Assembly (NCBI GenBank): GCA_965651925.1 | Contig: CBFGUK010000005.1 | Location: forward strand, 357-64,356 | DNA: 64,000 nt | DNA from: an uncultured bacterium | Lineage (GTDB): Bacteria; Desulfobacterota; Binatia; HRBIN30; CADEER01 | Direction of reading: 5' to 3' | Shown here: positions 9,399-17,313 of the stretch, piece by piece | How the letters are laid out: each line of letters begins with the position of its first letter | Numbering within the stretch: the stretch's first letter is position 1 | Translations under genes and position numbers: made by a program | Notes under the pieces: generated by a model | The model's database searches: none | Told to the model about the DNA's origin: nothing | What the model saw: only the letters and a program-made list of their open reading frames with translations

Positions 9399-9768
9399 AC
9401 TGCAAGCGGTGCGCCGCGCGCGCGACGACGCGCAACACGCGCTCGCGTCGCGCGACGACGCGTGATCGCGCACGTTGTGCAGGAAAATTCTTGACAGGAT
9501 TGGCTGCTGAGCATACAGAGGGCGCCTCTTCTTTTCGGCTCCACGCAATTACGTCTGAAATGATGCTGTTTGGGTACACGCATCGCCTTCCTTCCGGGGA
9601 GGGCGGGGCGGCGGTGCGTGTCGCGGCTGTGCATGGTGGTGTGGATGGTGGGGAGAAGCGGTGGGGTGGCGGTGAGTTAGGGAGTTGTCCCCAGGTGTGG
9701 AAAGCGGAAGCAGTCGCGTGCGGAACCGTGTCGGGATCACCAACGGTGAACACGAGGGGTGGGCGCGC

Positions 9769-11109
9769 ATGGAGGCACTGTGGTCGGCGGCACTGCCACT
9801 GCTCCAGCAACACATGGGAGCACGGAATTACGATGCCTGGATCAAACCGATCGGCTGTCAGCTCATCGACGGGGAGATCCGGCTCGAGGTGCCGAGTCGA
9901 TTCTTTCAGTCCTGGGTGACGCGACATTTCCTCCCGACGATTCGCGAGACGTTGAGCGAGTTGGCCGGGGCGCCCTGTGCGGTGCGGGTGGTGGTGGCGG
10001 ACGGGAACGGGCAGCCGCGGCCGGCGCCCGTCGCGCCGGCGCCGGCTGATGCGGCGCCGGCGCGGCCCGCGCGCCAGGCCCGCATCGGGCGGCTGATTCC
10101 GCACTACACGTTCGCGACGTTCGTCGTCGGGGCGACGAACGAGGTCGCGTTCCGCGCCGCGCAGGCGGTGAGCGCCGCGCCCGGCGTGCGCTTCAACCCG
10201 ATGTTCCTGCACGGCGGCGTCGGGCTCGGGAAGACGCATCTCATCACCGCGATCGGTCACGATCTCCTGCGCCGGCGCGCGCGCGCCCAGGTGGCGTGCG
10301 TCTCGGCCGAGGCGTTCATGAACTCGCTCATCACCGCGCTGCGGCAGGACAAGATGAACGAGTTCCGCAACCGCTTCCGGCTGATCGACGCGCTGATTCT
10401 CGACGACGTGCAATTCCTCGCCGGCAAGGAGCGCACCCAGGAGGAGTTCTTCCACACGTTCAACGCGCTGCACGACAGCCAGAAGCAGATCGTGCTGACG
10501 TCGGACAAGCCGCCGGGGGCGATCGCCGGGCTCGAGCAGCGGCTGCGCAGCCGCTTCGAGGGCGGCCTGATCGCCGACATCCATCCGCCGACGCGCGACA
10601 TGCGGCTGGCGATCCTCACGGCGAAGGCGCGTGCCCAGGGCATCGAGCTCGGCGACGAGGTGATCGAGCTGCTCGTGCAGCGCGCCGGCGCGAGCGTGCG
10701 CGAGCTCGAGGGCTGCCTCAACCGCGTCGCGGCGATGGCGGCGGTGCGCGGGACGGCGATCACCCCCGATCTGGCGCTGGCGGCGCTCGGGCCGTACGCC
10801 GCGTGCGCGCCGGCGGTGTCGGTCGAGACGATCCAGGAAACCGTCAGTCACCAGTTCGGCGTCAGCGTCGCCGACCTCGTCTCGCATCGCCGCGAGCGCG
10901 GCGTCTCCTATCCGCGCCAGCTGGCGATGTATCTCAGCCGCACGGTCGCGGCGGCGTCCTTCCCGCTGATCGGCGAGAAGTTCGGCGGCCGCGATCACTC
11001 GACCGTGATGTACGCGGTGCGGACGATCGAGAATCGGCGCGCCGCGGAGACCGGCGTCGATCAGCTCCTCGCGCGCATCGAGGGCGAGTTGCGCGAGCGG
11101 ACGCGCTGA
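9769..11109 (+). CDS. dnaA: Chromosomal replication initiator protein DnaA
   Basis: ORF 9685..11109 with the start moved to ATG 9769 (MEALWSAALPLLQQHMGARNYDAWIKPI). Contains NPMFLHGGVGLGKTHL (Walker A), LILDDVQFLAGKERTQEEFFHTFN (Walker B/sensor) and the C-terminal DnaA signature KFGGRDHSTVMYAVRTI. Confidence 0.95.
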   Translation: MEALWSAALPLLQQHMGARNYDAWIKPIGCQLIDGEIRLEVPSRFFQSWVTRHFLPTIRETLSELAGAPCAVRVVVADGNGQPRPAPVAPAPADAAPARPARQARIGRLIPHYTFATFVVGATNEVAFRAAQAVSAAPGVRFNPMFLHGGVGLGKTHLITAIGHDLLRRRARAQVACVSAEAFMNSLITALRQDKMNEFRNRFRLIDALILDDVQFLAGKERTQEEFFHTFNALHDSQKQIVLTSDKPPGAIAGLEQRLRSRFEGGLIADIHPPTRDMRLAILTAKARAQGIELGDEVIELLVQRAGASVRELEGCLNRVAAMAAVRGTAITPDLALAALGPYAACAPAVSVETIQETVSHQFGVSVADLVSHRRERGVSYPRQLAMYLSRTVAAASFPLIGEKFGGRDHSTVMYAVRTIENRRAAETGVDQLLARIEGELRERTR

Positions 11110-11169
11110 GCGCGGCGGTTGCCTGCGCTGGAGTGGTCGGTTTCCCGTCTCACGGCTTGCCCGACGACG

Positions 11170-11285
11170 AATCGCTGAACCGCCAAGACGCCAGGGGCGC
11201 CACGTCCGGGAAGGAAGCGGTCTCGCGGCCGGTATCCGGAACCCTTCCGGACCTGGCGTCCTTGGCGCCCTGGCGGTTGGATCCT
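11170..11285 (+). ncRNA. Candidate structured RNA: roughly 100-nt imperfect hairpin with an SRP-RNA-like GUCCGGGAAGGAAGCGG motif
   Basis: GACGCCAGG (11187-11195) pairs with CCTGGCGTC (11252-11260). CGCCAAG (11181-11187) pairs with CTTGGCG (11261-11267). GTCCGGGAAGG pairs with CCTTCCGGAC. The motif resembles the 4.5S domain IV core but has substitutions and one insertion, so its identity is unresolved. Confidence 0.3.
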
Positions 11286-11415
11286 GCGCCCGGCCCCGGG
11301 GGGCGGAACGATTTGACAATTTGTGCGGGCGTCAAGAGAGTAGGGCATCACGCCGCTGAATAACTCCCACCGGGCCGTCGTCAGGCGCCCCACCCTGTCT
11401 GCAAAGTCGCATCCT

Positions 11416-14400
11416 ATGTTGAAGCCCGCCTGTTCTGGTCCGTTCCTGCGTTCCGCCCGCCCGGCCGTCCACCTCCTTGCCGCGGCGATGATCGGCCTCC
11501 TGTGTGGCGCGCGCGGCGCCGAGGGGCAGTTGACGCCGCGGTTCTCGACGCTTGCGCCGATCGTGGTGAACGTCGGCGAGGACCCGGGCCGGCAGGCGAT
11601 CGCCGTCGCCGACCTCGACGACGACGGGAACCTCGACCTCGTGGTCGCCGAACTGTTCGATGACCGCATCAACGTCTACTTCGGTGCCGGAGACGGCACG
11701 TTCGACGACTTCGATACATATGAGCTCGAGGTGAGCCCGCTTTCGGTCGCCATCGGCGATGTCGGCTCGCCGCTGAGCTCCGACGAGCAGGGCGCCCCCG
11801 ACGGCAACCTCGACATCGCCATCGGCAGCGATTTCGGCGGCATCGAAGTGCTCTACGGCGATGGCGACGGAGATTTCGAATCCGACGGCACGCTGTTCGG
11901 CGAGGACGACACGCTCGCGGTCATCGGCATGGTCATCGACGATTTCGACGAGGGCGACGGCAACGACATCGCGGTGCTCGATGAGGACGGCGTCGTCCTC
12001 CTCTGCAATGACGGCAGCGGCGGCCTCGCCGTCTGCGGCGCCGAGGAGCCCATCGAGGTCGGCTTCGACGTGATCGACATCGTCGGCGGCGACTTCGATG
12101 GCGACGGTGATGCCGACGTCGCGGTGCTCGACCGCGAGGATCAGCGGGTGTCGATCCTGCGCGGCAACGGCGACGGCACCTTCGCGGCGCCGGTGCAGCG
12201 CGACGTGTCCGGTCAGGCGGATCTCGAGGACGAGTTCGCCGCCGACATGGACGCCGGCTTCCTCAACAGCGACGGGCTCACCGATCTCGTGGTCATCAAC
12301 CACGGCACGTTCGATGCGAACTTCCTCGTCGCCGTCCTCGGCGCCGCGAACGGGAACTTCGGCACGCGCGAGGCGGTCGCCGATTTCGAGGGCGCGGCCG
12401 TGACACTCGCCGACTTCGACGACATGGGCGGCACGGACGCCATCGTCGGCTACCTGGATGGCGGCGTCTCGGCGAACCTCGGCGTCGGCAACGGCACGTT
12501 CGACGATCCGTTCACCCCGATCGGCACGAACTCGATCGGCCGCGTCAGCCTGCTGGTGAGTGGCGATTTCGATGGCGACGTGCTGCCCGACTTCCTCGCG
12601 CTGAACGAGGACGGCACGCAGTTGACCATCGCGCTCAACGCCTCCGACGAGGCGACGCCGACCGAGGGCCCGACGGGCACGCCGACGCCGACGATCACCG
12701 GCACGCCGCCGCCGACGAGCACGGTGACGCCGACCCCGACCCTGACGCCGACGGACACGGCAACGCCGACGCCGACGCCGATTCCGACCGCGAACTACGG
12801 GCGCTGCAACCTCACCGCCGGCGGCCAGGCGCTCGGCGGCATCGTCGCCGCGCCGCTCGACGGCGACGGCACGCCGGACCTCGCGGTCACCGATCCGGCG
12901 GCGAATGCCGTCCGCATCCTCTTCAACACCACGGCGGCGCAGCAGCAGTTGCGCGGCTGCGCCATGAGCATGCTGGCGGAGCCGATCGAGGTCGCTCAGA
13001 CGACGGTCGCCGTGGCGAACGCGCCGCGCGCCCTGGCGGCCGTCGATGCCGAACGCGACGGCGACACCGACCTGGCGGTCTGCGCCGGCAATGCAGTGGT
13101 CCTGCTGCGCAACGACGGGCAGGGCGGCTTCACCGCCGAGACGCCGATCAGCGTCGGCACGAATCCGGTCGCGATCATCGCCGACTACCCGACCGACCCC
13201 GGCGATCCGACCCGTCGCACGCCGCTCGACCTCAACCGCGACGGCCGCACCGACCTCGTCGTCGCGAATGCCGGCAGCGCGTTCCTCACCATCCTCTACG
13301 GCGCCCCCGGCGGCGGCTTCACCGTGCACAACCAGGGCATCCCGGGCCAGGCGCGCGCCGTGACCGCGGCCGACTACGACGGCGACGGGCGCATCGATCT
13401 CGTCGCCAGCCGCGGCACCGATGCCGTGTTCCTGCGCCAGACCGGGATCGACGGCAGCAACCGCTCGGTGTTCCAGTCGAGCGACTTCGGCACCGGGGCG
13501 ACGATCATCGCCCTGGAGAGCGGCTTCTTCGACGAGAACCGCTTCCCCGATCTGCTCGTCACGCGCGGCGGCGTGGGACAGCTGCAGCTCTTCATCAACA
13601 ACCTGTTCGCCGCCGGTGGCGAGATCAGCGTGTTCGAGCCGGCGGCATCCGGCATCGGCCTGTTCAGTCCCGGCGATCGCCGCGCCGATGCGGTCATCGC
13701 CGGCACGTTCGAGATGAAGCCGGTCCTGCAGTTCGCCTACGGCAGCGGCAGCGGCGACTTCCCGCCGCCGATCGTCATGCCGTTCGATCTGCGCAGCCGC
13801 CCGGTCGCGCTTGCGGTCGTCGATGTCGACAGCGACGGGGTGCACGACGTGGTGACGGCAAACGGCGACGGCACGATCACCGTGCTGCTCAGCAGCGTGC
13901 CGCCGCCAACGCCGACGCCGACCGTCACCCCGACGGCGACCGCCACCGGCACCGACACCGTGACGCAGACGCCGAGCGAGACGCCGACGGAGACGCCGAC
14001 GGCGACGCCCACCGACACCGCGGCGCCGACCGGCACCGTGACCGGAACGCGCACGCCGCGGCCGGGCGACACGCCGACGGTGACGCCGACGAAGGCGGGC
14101 ATCTTCGAGGTCAGCAGCTGCGCAATCGGCGACGGCGCACAGACGCCGCTGCCCGTCGGGCTGCTCGGCCTGGCGCTGGCGCTGCTCGGCCCGCTGGCGC
14201 GGCGCGTGCGTCGGCCGGCGCTGCCGGCGCGTGCGGGGCGACGGTTCCTGGCCGCGCTCGCGGCGTCGGCCGCGGCGCTGCCGGCCCTGCCGGCCGACGC
14301 GCAGCCGGTGCCCGCGTACGTGCGCTGCACGGTGCCCGGCACGCAGCTCGGAACCGGCAGCGGCCTGGTGCCCGGTGCCGCGGGAGACCTGAACGGCGAT

Positions 14401-15726
14401 CGCTCGGCGGATCTCGTGCTGCTCGATGCGACGCGCGCGGTGGTCGCGCTCACCGATGCCGAGCAGTTCCGCGCCGGCGCCTGCCCGGAACCGGTCACCG
14501 CCCGTCCGCTCGAGGCGGTGACCCGGCCCCAGGCGGCGGCGATCGCGCTGACCGGCACCGATCTCTTCCCCGATCTCGCCGTGACGACGCTGACGCCACC
14601 GGTTGCCTCGGTGTTGAGCGGCGACGGCAACGGCGGCTTCCCCGCCGGTGTCAGCTCCGTGCCGCTGTCCCAGCCCGGCCCGGTCGCGGTGGCGGCGATC
14701 ACCGGCGGCACCGAGCCGGACCTCGTCGTCGGTGACGGCGCCTCGCTGCTGCTGCTCGAGCTGCGCCTCACCGAGGGCACGCTGCGCTACGAGATCGCCA
14801 GGACGCTGGTGGAGAGCGGCAGCCGGGTGCAGGCCGTCGGCGTTGCCGATTTCAACGGCGATGCCCGGCTCGACGTCGTCGCCATCGATCTCGTCGGCGT
14901 ACGCGTTTTCCTCCAGGAGGATGACGGCGAGTTCACGGAGCAGGGCTCGTTCGACATCGGCAGCTCCGAGGACCCGCTCTTTCCGCTCGACATGCGCGTG
15001 GCCGATCCGCTCGTGACCGGCGACTTCAACCGCGATTTCATCCCCGACCTCGCCGTGATCACCACGACCGGCCCGCTGCTCGTCTATCTCGGCCGGCGCG
15101 ACGCCGCCGGCTTCGCCTTCGAGCGCAGCGCGGTGCTCGAGTCGGCAAACGGCTTCGCCGATCTCGCGCTCGGCGATCTGAACGATGACCTGCGGCCCGA
15201 CATCGCCGTCGCCGATGCGACGACCCGCACGGTCCGCTTCTTCCTCGGTGACGGGAGCGGCGGGTTCACCGACGGCGGCAGCCGCACGCTCGGCGACACG
15301 CCGACCGGCGTCCTGCTCGCCGACGTCGACGCCGATGGTCGTCCCGATCCCGTGCTGACGACCGCCGGCCGGTCGGTGGAGTTCTTCCTCAGCAGTGCGC
15401 CGGCGCCGACCGCGACGCCGACGTTCACCGACACCCCGGAAGCCACCGAGACGCCGACCGTCACGCCGACCGAAACGGTGACCGAAACGCCGTCCGATAC
15501 GCCAACCGAAACCCCGACGGCGACGCCGACCGGGACGGTCACGGGTACGCGCACGCTCACCGTCACCCGCACCGGCACCGTCACGCCGACGGTGACCTGC
15601 GACGGGTTCTGCGTGCAGGGCGAGGGGTGTGCGAACGTCTCGGGTGGCGAGGGCAACGCCGGTGCGGTGCTGCCGCTGCTGATCGTCGCCGCGCTGCTGT
15701 TCGTCACCCGCCGCGTGCGCTTCTGA
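11416..15726 (+). CDS. Giant secreted FG-GAP/VCBS-repeat protein with Pro/Thr linkers and two Cys-containing C-terminal-anchor-like segments
   Basis: 1436-aa ORF. Signal peptide MLKPACSGPFLRSARPAVHLLAAAMIGLLCGARGAEGQ. Many FG-GAP-like units (DLDDDGNLDLVV, GDFDGDGDADVAV, DYDGDGRIDLV, DFNGDARLDVV, DVDADGRPD). PT linkers lie near 12655-12790, 13905-14090 and 15400-15600. The antisense 1483-aa ORF is Arg/Gly junk. Confidence 0.8.
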   Translation: MLKPACSGPFLRSARPAVHLLAAAMIGLLCGARGAEGQLTPRFSTLAPIVVNVGEDPGRQAIAVADLDDDGNLDLVVAELFDDRINVYFGAGDGTFDDFDTYELEVSPLSVAIGDVGSPLSSDEQGAPDGNLDIAIGSDFGGIEVLYGDGDGDFESDGTLFGEDDTLAVIGMVIDDFDEGDGNDIAVLDEDGVVLLCNDGSGGLAVCGAEEPIEVGFDVIDIVGGDFDGDGDADVAVLDREDQRVSILRGNGDGTFAAPVQRDVSGQADLEDEFAADMDAGFLNSDGLTDLVVINHGTFDANFLVAVLGAANGNFGTREAVADFEGAAVTLADFDDMGGTDAIVGYLDGGVSANLGVGNGTFDDPFTPIGTNSIGRVSLLVSGDFDGDVLPDFLALNEDGTQLTIALNASDEATPTEGPTGTPTPTITGTPPPTSTVTPTPTLTPTDTATPTPTPIPTANYGRCNLTAGGQALGGIVAAPLDGDGTPDLAVTDPAANAVRILFNTTAAQQQLRGCAMSMLAEPIEVAQTTVAVANAPRALAAVDAERDGDTDLAVCAGNAVVLLRNDGQGGFTAETPISVGTNPVAIIADYPTDPGDPTRRTPLDLNRDGRTDLVVANAGSAFLTILYGAPGGGFTVHNQGIPGQARAVTAADYDGDGRIDLVASRGTDAVFLRQTGIDGSNRSVFQSSDFGTGATIIALESGFFDENRFPDLLVTRGGVGQLQLFINNLFAAGGEISVFEPAASGIGLFSPGDRRADAVIAGTFEMKPVLQFAYGSGSGDFPPPIVMPFDLRSRPVALAVVDVDSDGVHDVVTANGDGTITVLLSSVPPPTPTPTVTPTATATGTDTVTQTPSETPTETPTATPTDTAAPTGTVTGTRTPRPGDTPTVTPTKAGIFEVSSCAIGDGAQTPLPVGLLGLALALLGPLARRVRRPALPARAGRRFLAALAASAAALPALPADAQPVPAYVRCTVPGTQLGTGSGLVPGAAGDLNGDRSADLVLLDATRAVVALTDAEQFRAGACPEPVTARPLEAVTRPQAAAIALTGTDLFPDLAVTTLTPPVASVLSGDGNGGFPAGVSSVPLSQPGPVAVAAITGGTEPDLVVGDGASLLLLELRLTEGTLRYEIARTLVESGSRVQAVGVADFNGDARLDVVAIDLVGVRVFLQEDDGEFTEQGSFDIGSSEDPLFPLDMRVADPLVTGDFNRDFIPDLAVITTTGPLLVYLGRRDAAGFAFERSAVLESANGFADLALGDLNDDLRPDIAVADATTRTVRFFLGDGSGGFTDGGSRTLGDTPTGVLLADVDADGRPDPVLTTAGRSVEFFLSSAPAPTATPTFTDTPEATETPTVTPTETVTETPSDTPTETPTATPTGTVTGTRTLTVTRTGTVTPTVTCDGFCVQGEGCANVSGGEGNAGAVLPLLIVAALLFVTRRVRF

Positions 15727-15730
15727 CCGC

Positions 15731-15759
15731 GGGGCGGGGACGGTGGCCGTCCCCGCCCT
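15731..15759 (+). terminator. Perfect 12-bp GC hairpin after the giant FG-GAP gene (no U-tract)
   Basis: GGGCGGGGACGG (15732-15743), loop TGG, CCGTCCCCGCCC (15747-15758), starting 6 nt after the stop. Confidence 0.5.
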
Positions 15760-15802
15760 GGCGTGCGTGGACCTCGCCGGCAAATCGCGTTACAGCGACG
15801 CG

Positions 15803-17206
15803 ATGGTCGGCATCACGCGTTACGCCAGTTACGTTCCCGTCCACCGCCTCGAGCGCCGGCTGATCGAGCAGGCATGGGGCGCGCGCCAGGCGAAAGGCGC
15901 GATCGCGGTCGCGAACTACGACGAGGACGCGCTGACGCTGGCGATCGATGCCGCACTCGGCTGTCTCGGCGATCCGCCGGCGACGGTCGACGGCGCGTTC
16001 TTCGCCAGCACGAGTGCGCCGTATGCCGAGAAGCAGATGGCGAGCGTGCTCGCCACCGCCTGCGATCTGCCGCGCGCCCTGGTCACCGCGGACTTCGCCG
16101 GGTCGGCGCGCGCCGGCGTCAGCGCGCTGCTCGCCGGCGTGCGGACGGTGCAGGCGGGCGGCGCCCGGGCGATGCTCGTCGCCGCCGCCGACGTGCGCGT
16201 CGCCGCGCCGGAGAGCGACCTCGAGGGCGTCCTCGGCGACGGCGCCGCGGCGGTGACCGTCGGCAGCGACGACGTGATTGCCGAGTTCGTCGACGCGGCT
16301 GCGATGGCCGAGGAGTTCACCTACCACTGGCGCACCGACGTGCAGCGCACGGTGCAGGTCGCCGGCGGCAAGTTCTCGAACGATTACGGCTACGGGCGCG
16401 ATCTCGGCGCCGCGGTGCGCACGCTGCTCGAACGCCAGCGCGTCGAGGCGCGCGCCATCCACCGCGTTGCCTTCGGATCGCCGGATGCGCGCGCCGCCGC
16501 CGATCTCGCCCGGACGCTCGGCTTCGAGGCGGGGCAGCTCGTGCCGTCGCTGTACGGCGACATCGGCTGCACGGGCAGCGCCGAGCCGCTGCTGCTGCTC
16601 GCCCGCGCGCTCGACGAGGCCGGGCCCGACGAGCTCATCCTCGTCGGCGGCTACGGCGAGGGCGCCGATGCGCTGCTGCTGCGCACCACCGCGCGCCTGC
16701 CCGCCGCGCGCGCGGCGGCGCCGCTGGCGCGCTGGCTGGCGGCGGCGACGCCGCTGGCGTCGTATGCGCGCCTGCTCAAGTTCCGCCGCCTGGTGGCGGT
16801 CGAGGAGGTCACCGACACGGTGACCAACGTGCTCGAATACAAGGAGCGCAAGCAGGACATCCGCCTGTACGGCAGCCGCTGCCGCGCCTGCGGCCAGGTG
16901 CAGTACCCGATGGCGCGCGTCTGCGTGCGCTGCCGCGCCGCCGAGCAGCTCGACGACGCGCGCATCGCGCGCCGCGGCACGGTGTTCACGTTCACCGTCG
17001 ACCACCTGATCCCGAACCTCGAGCATCCGCTGCCGATGGCGGTGGTCGACGCCGAGGGCGGCGGGCGTCTCTATCTGCAGGTGGCCGACACCGACGATGT
17101 GCAGATCGGTGCGCGCGTCGCGCTCACCTATCGCCGCCTGCACGAGGGGGCCGGCAACCGCAACTACTACTGGAAGGCGCGGCCGCTGCGCGAAGCAGAG
17201 CATTGA
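15803..17206 (+). CDS. HMG-CoA-synthase-like (thiolase-fold) domain fused to a DUF35 zinc-ribbon/OB-fold domain
   Basis: ORF 15743..17206 with the start moved to ATG 15803 (MVGITRYASYVPVHRL). The N-terminal part aligns by eye to HMG-CoA synthase. The C-terminal part has YGSRCRACGQVQYPMARVCVRCR (rubredoxin-like 4-Cys) followed by an OB-like segment, as in DUF35 proteins. Confidence 0.75.
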   Translation: MVGITRYASYVPVHRLERRLIEQAWGARQAKGAIAVANYDEDALTLAIDAALGCLGDPPATVDGAFFASTSAPYAEKQMASVLATACDLPRALVTADFAGSARAGVSALLAGVRTVQAGGARAMLVAAADVRVAAPESDLEGVLGDGAAAVTVGSDDVIAEFVDAAAMAEEFTYHWRTDVQRTVQVAGGKFSNDYGYGRDLGAAVRTLLERQRVEARAIHRVAFGSPDARAAADLARTLGFEAGQLVPSLYGDIGCTGSAEPLLLLARALDEAGPDELILVGGYGEGADALLLRTTARLPAARAAAPLARWLAAATPLASYARLLKFRRLVAVEEVTDTVTNVLEYKERKQDIRLYGSRCRACGQVQYPMARVCVRCRAAEQLDDARIARRGTVFTFTVDHLIPNLEHPLPMAVVDAEGGGRLYLQVADTDDVQIGARVALTYRRLHEGAGNRNYYWKARPLREAEH

Positions 17207-17227
17207 CCAGGTACCCGCGCTTTCAAC

Positions 17228-17245
17228 GCGGAGACGCGGAGACGC
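17228..17245. repeat. Tandem octamer GCGGAGAC x2 (+GC)
   Basis: Read directly. It is part of a 28-nt element (17223-17250) that is 25/28 identical to 1935-1962. Confidence 0.85.
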
Positions 17246-17313
17246 AAAGGCGACGGGCTTGTGATGCACGGTTCGATGCCGTTTCTGTGGACGGCCTGGA
17301 TATGGGGTAACTG

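Noticed and set aside
9590-9680. G-rich tract upstream of dnaA as a G-quadruplex
   Set aside because: There are only three clear runs of three or more G in close succession, and G-rich stretches are common in such GC-rich DNA. It cannot be supported without a dedicated prediction or experiment.
11170-11285. Calling this hairpin a bona fide ffs (4.5S/SRP RNA) gene
   Set aside because: The GGAAGGAAGC core is suggestive. However, two normally invariant symmetric-loop positions differ and the tetraloop has an extra G. The motif also pairs with a downstream CCTTCCGGAC instead of capping the helix. It is kept only as a low-confidence structured-RNA candidate.
14206-15726. Annotating the second half of the giant ORF as a separate gene starting at the in-frame GTG 14206
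   Set aside because: No stop codon terminates the upstream module in this frame. From the sequence as given it is therefore one ORF. The possibility is reported as a finding rather than as a feature.
11332-15783. 1483-aa minus-strand ORF opposite the FG-GAP gene
   Set aside because: The translation is dominated by R/G/D/A runs (RRRRGRRRR etc.). The plus strand gives a signal peptide, FG-GAP repeats and PT linkers, so only the plus-strand gene is credible.
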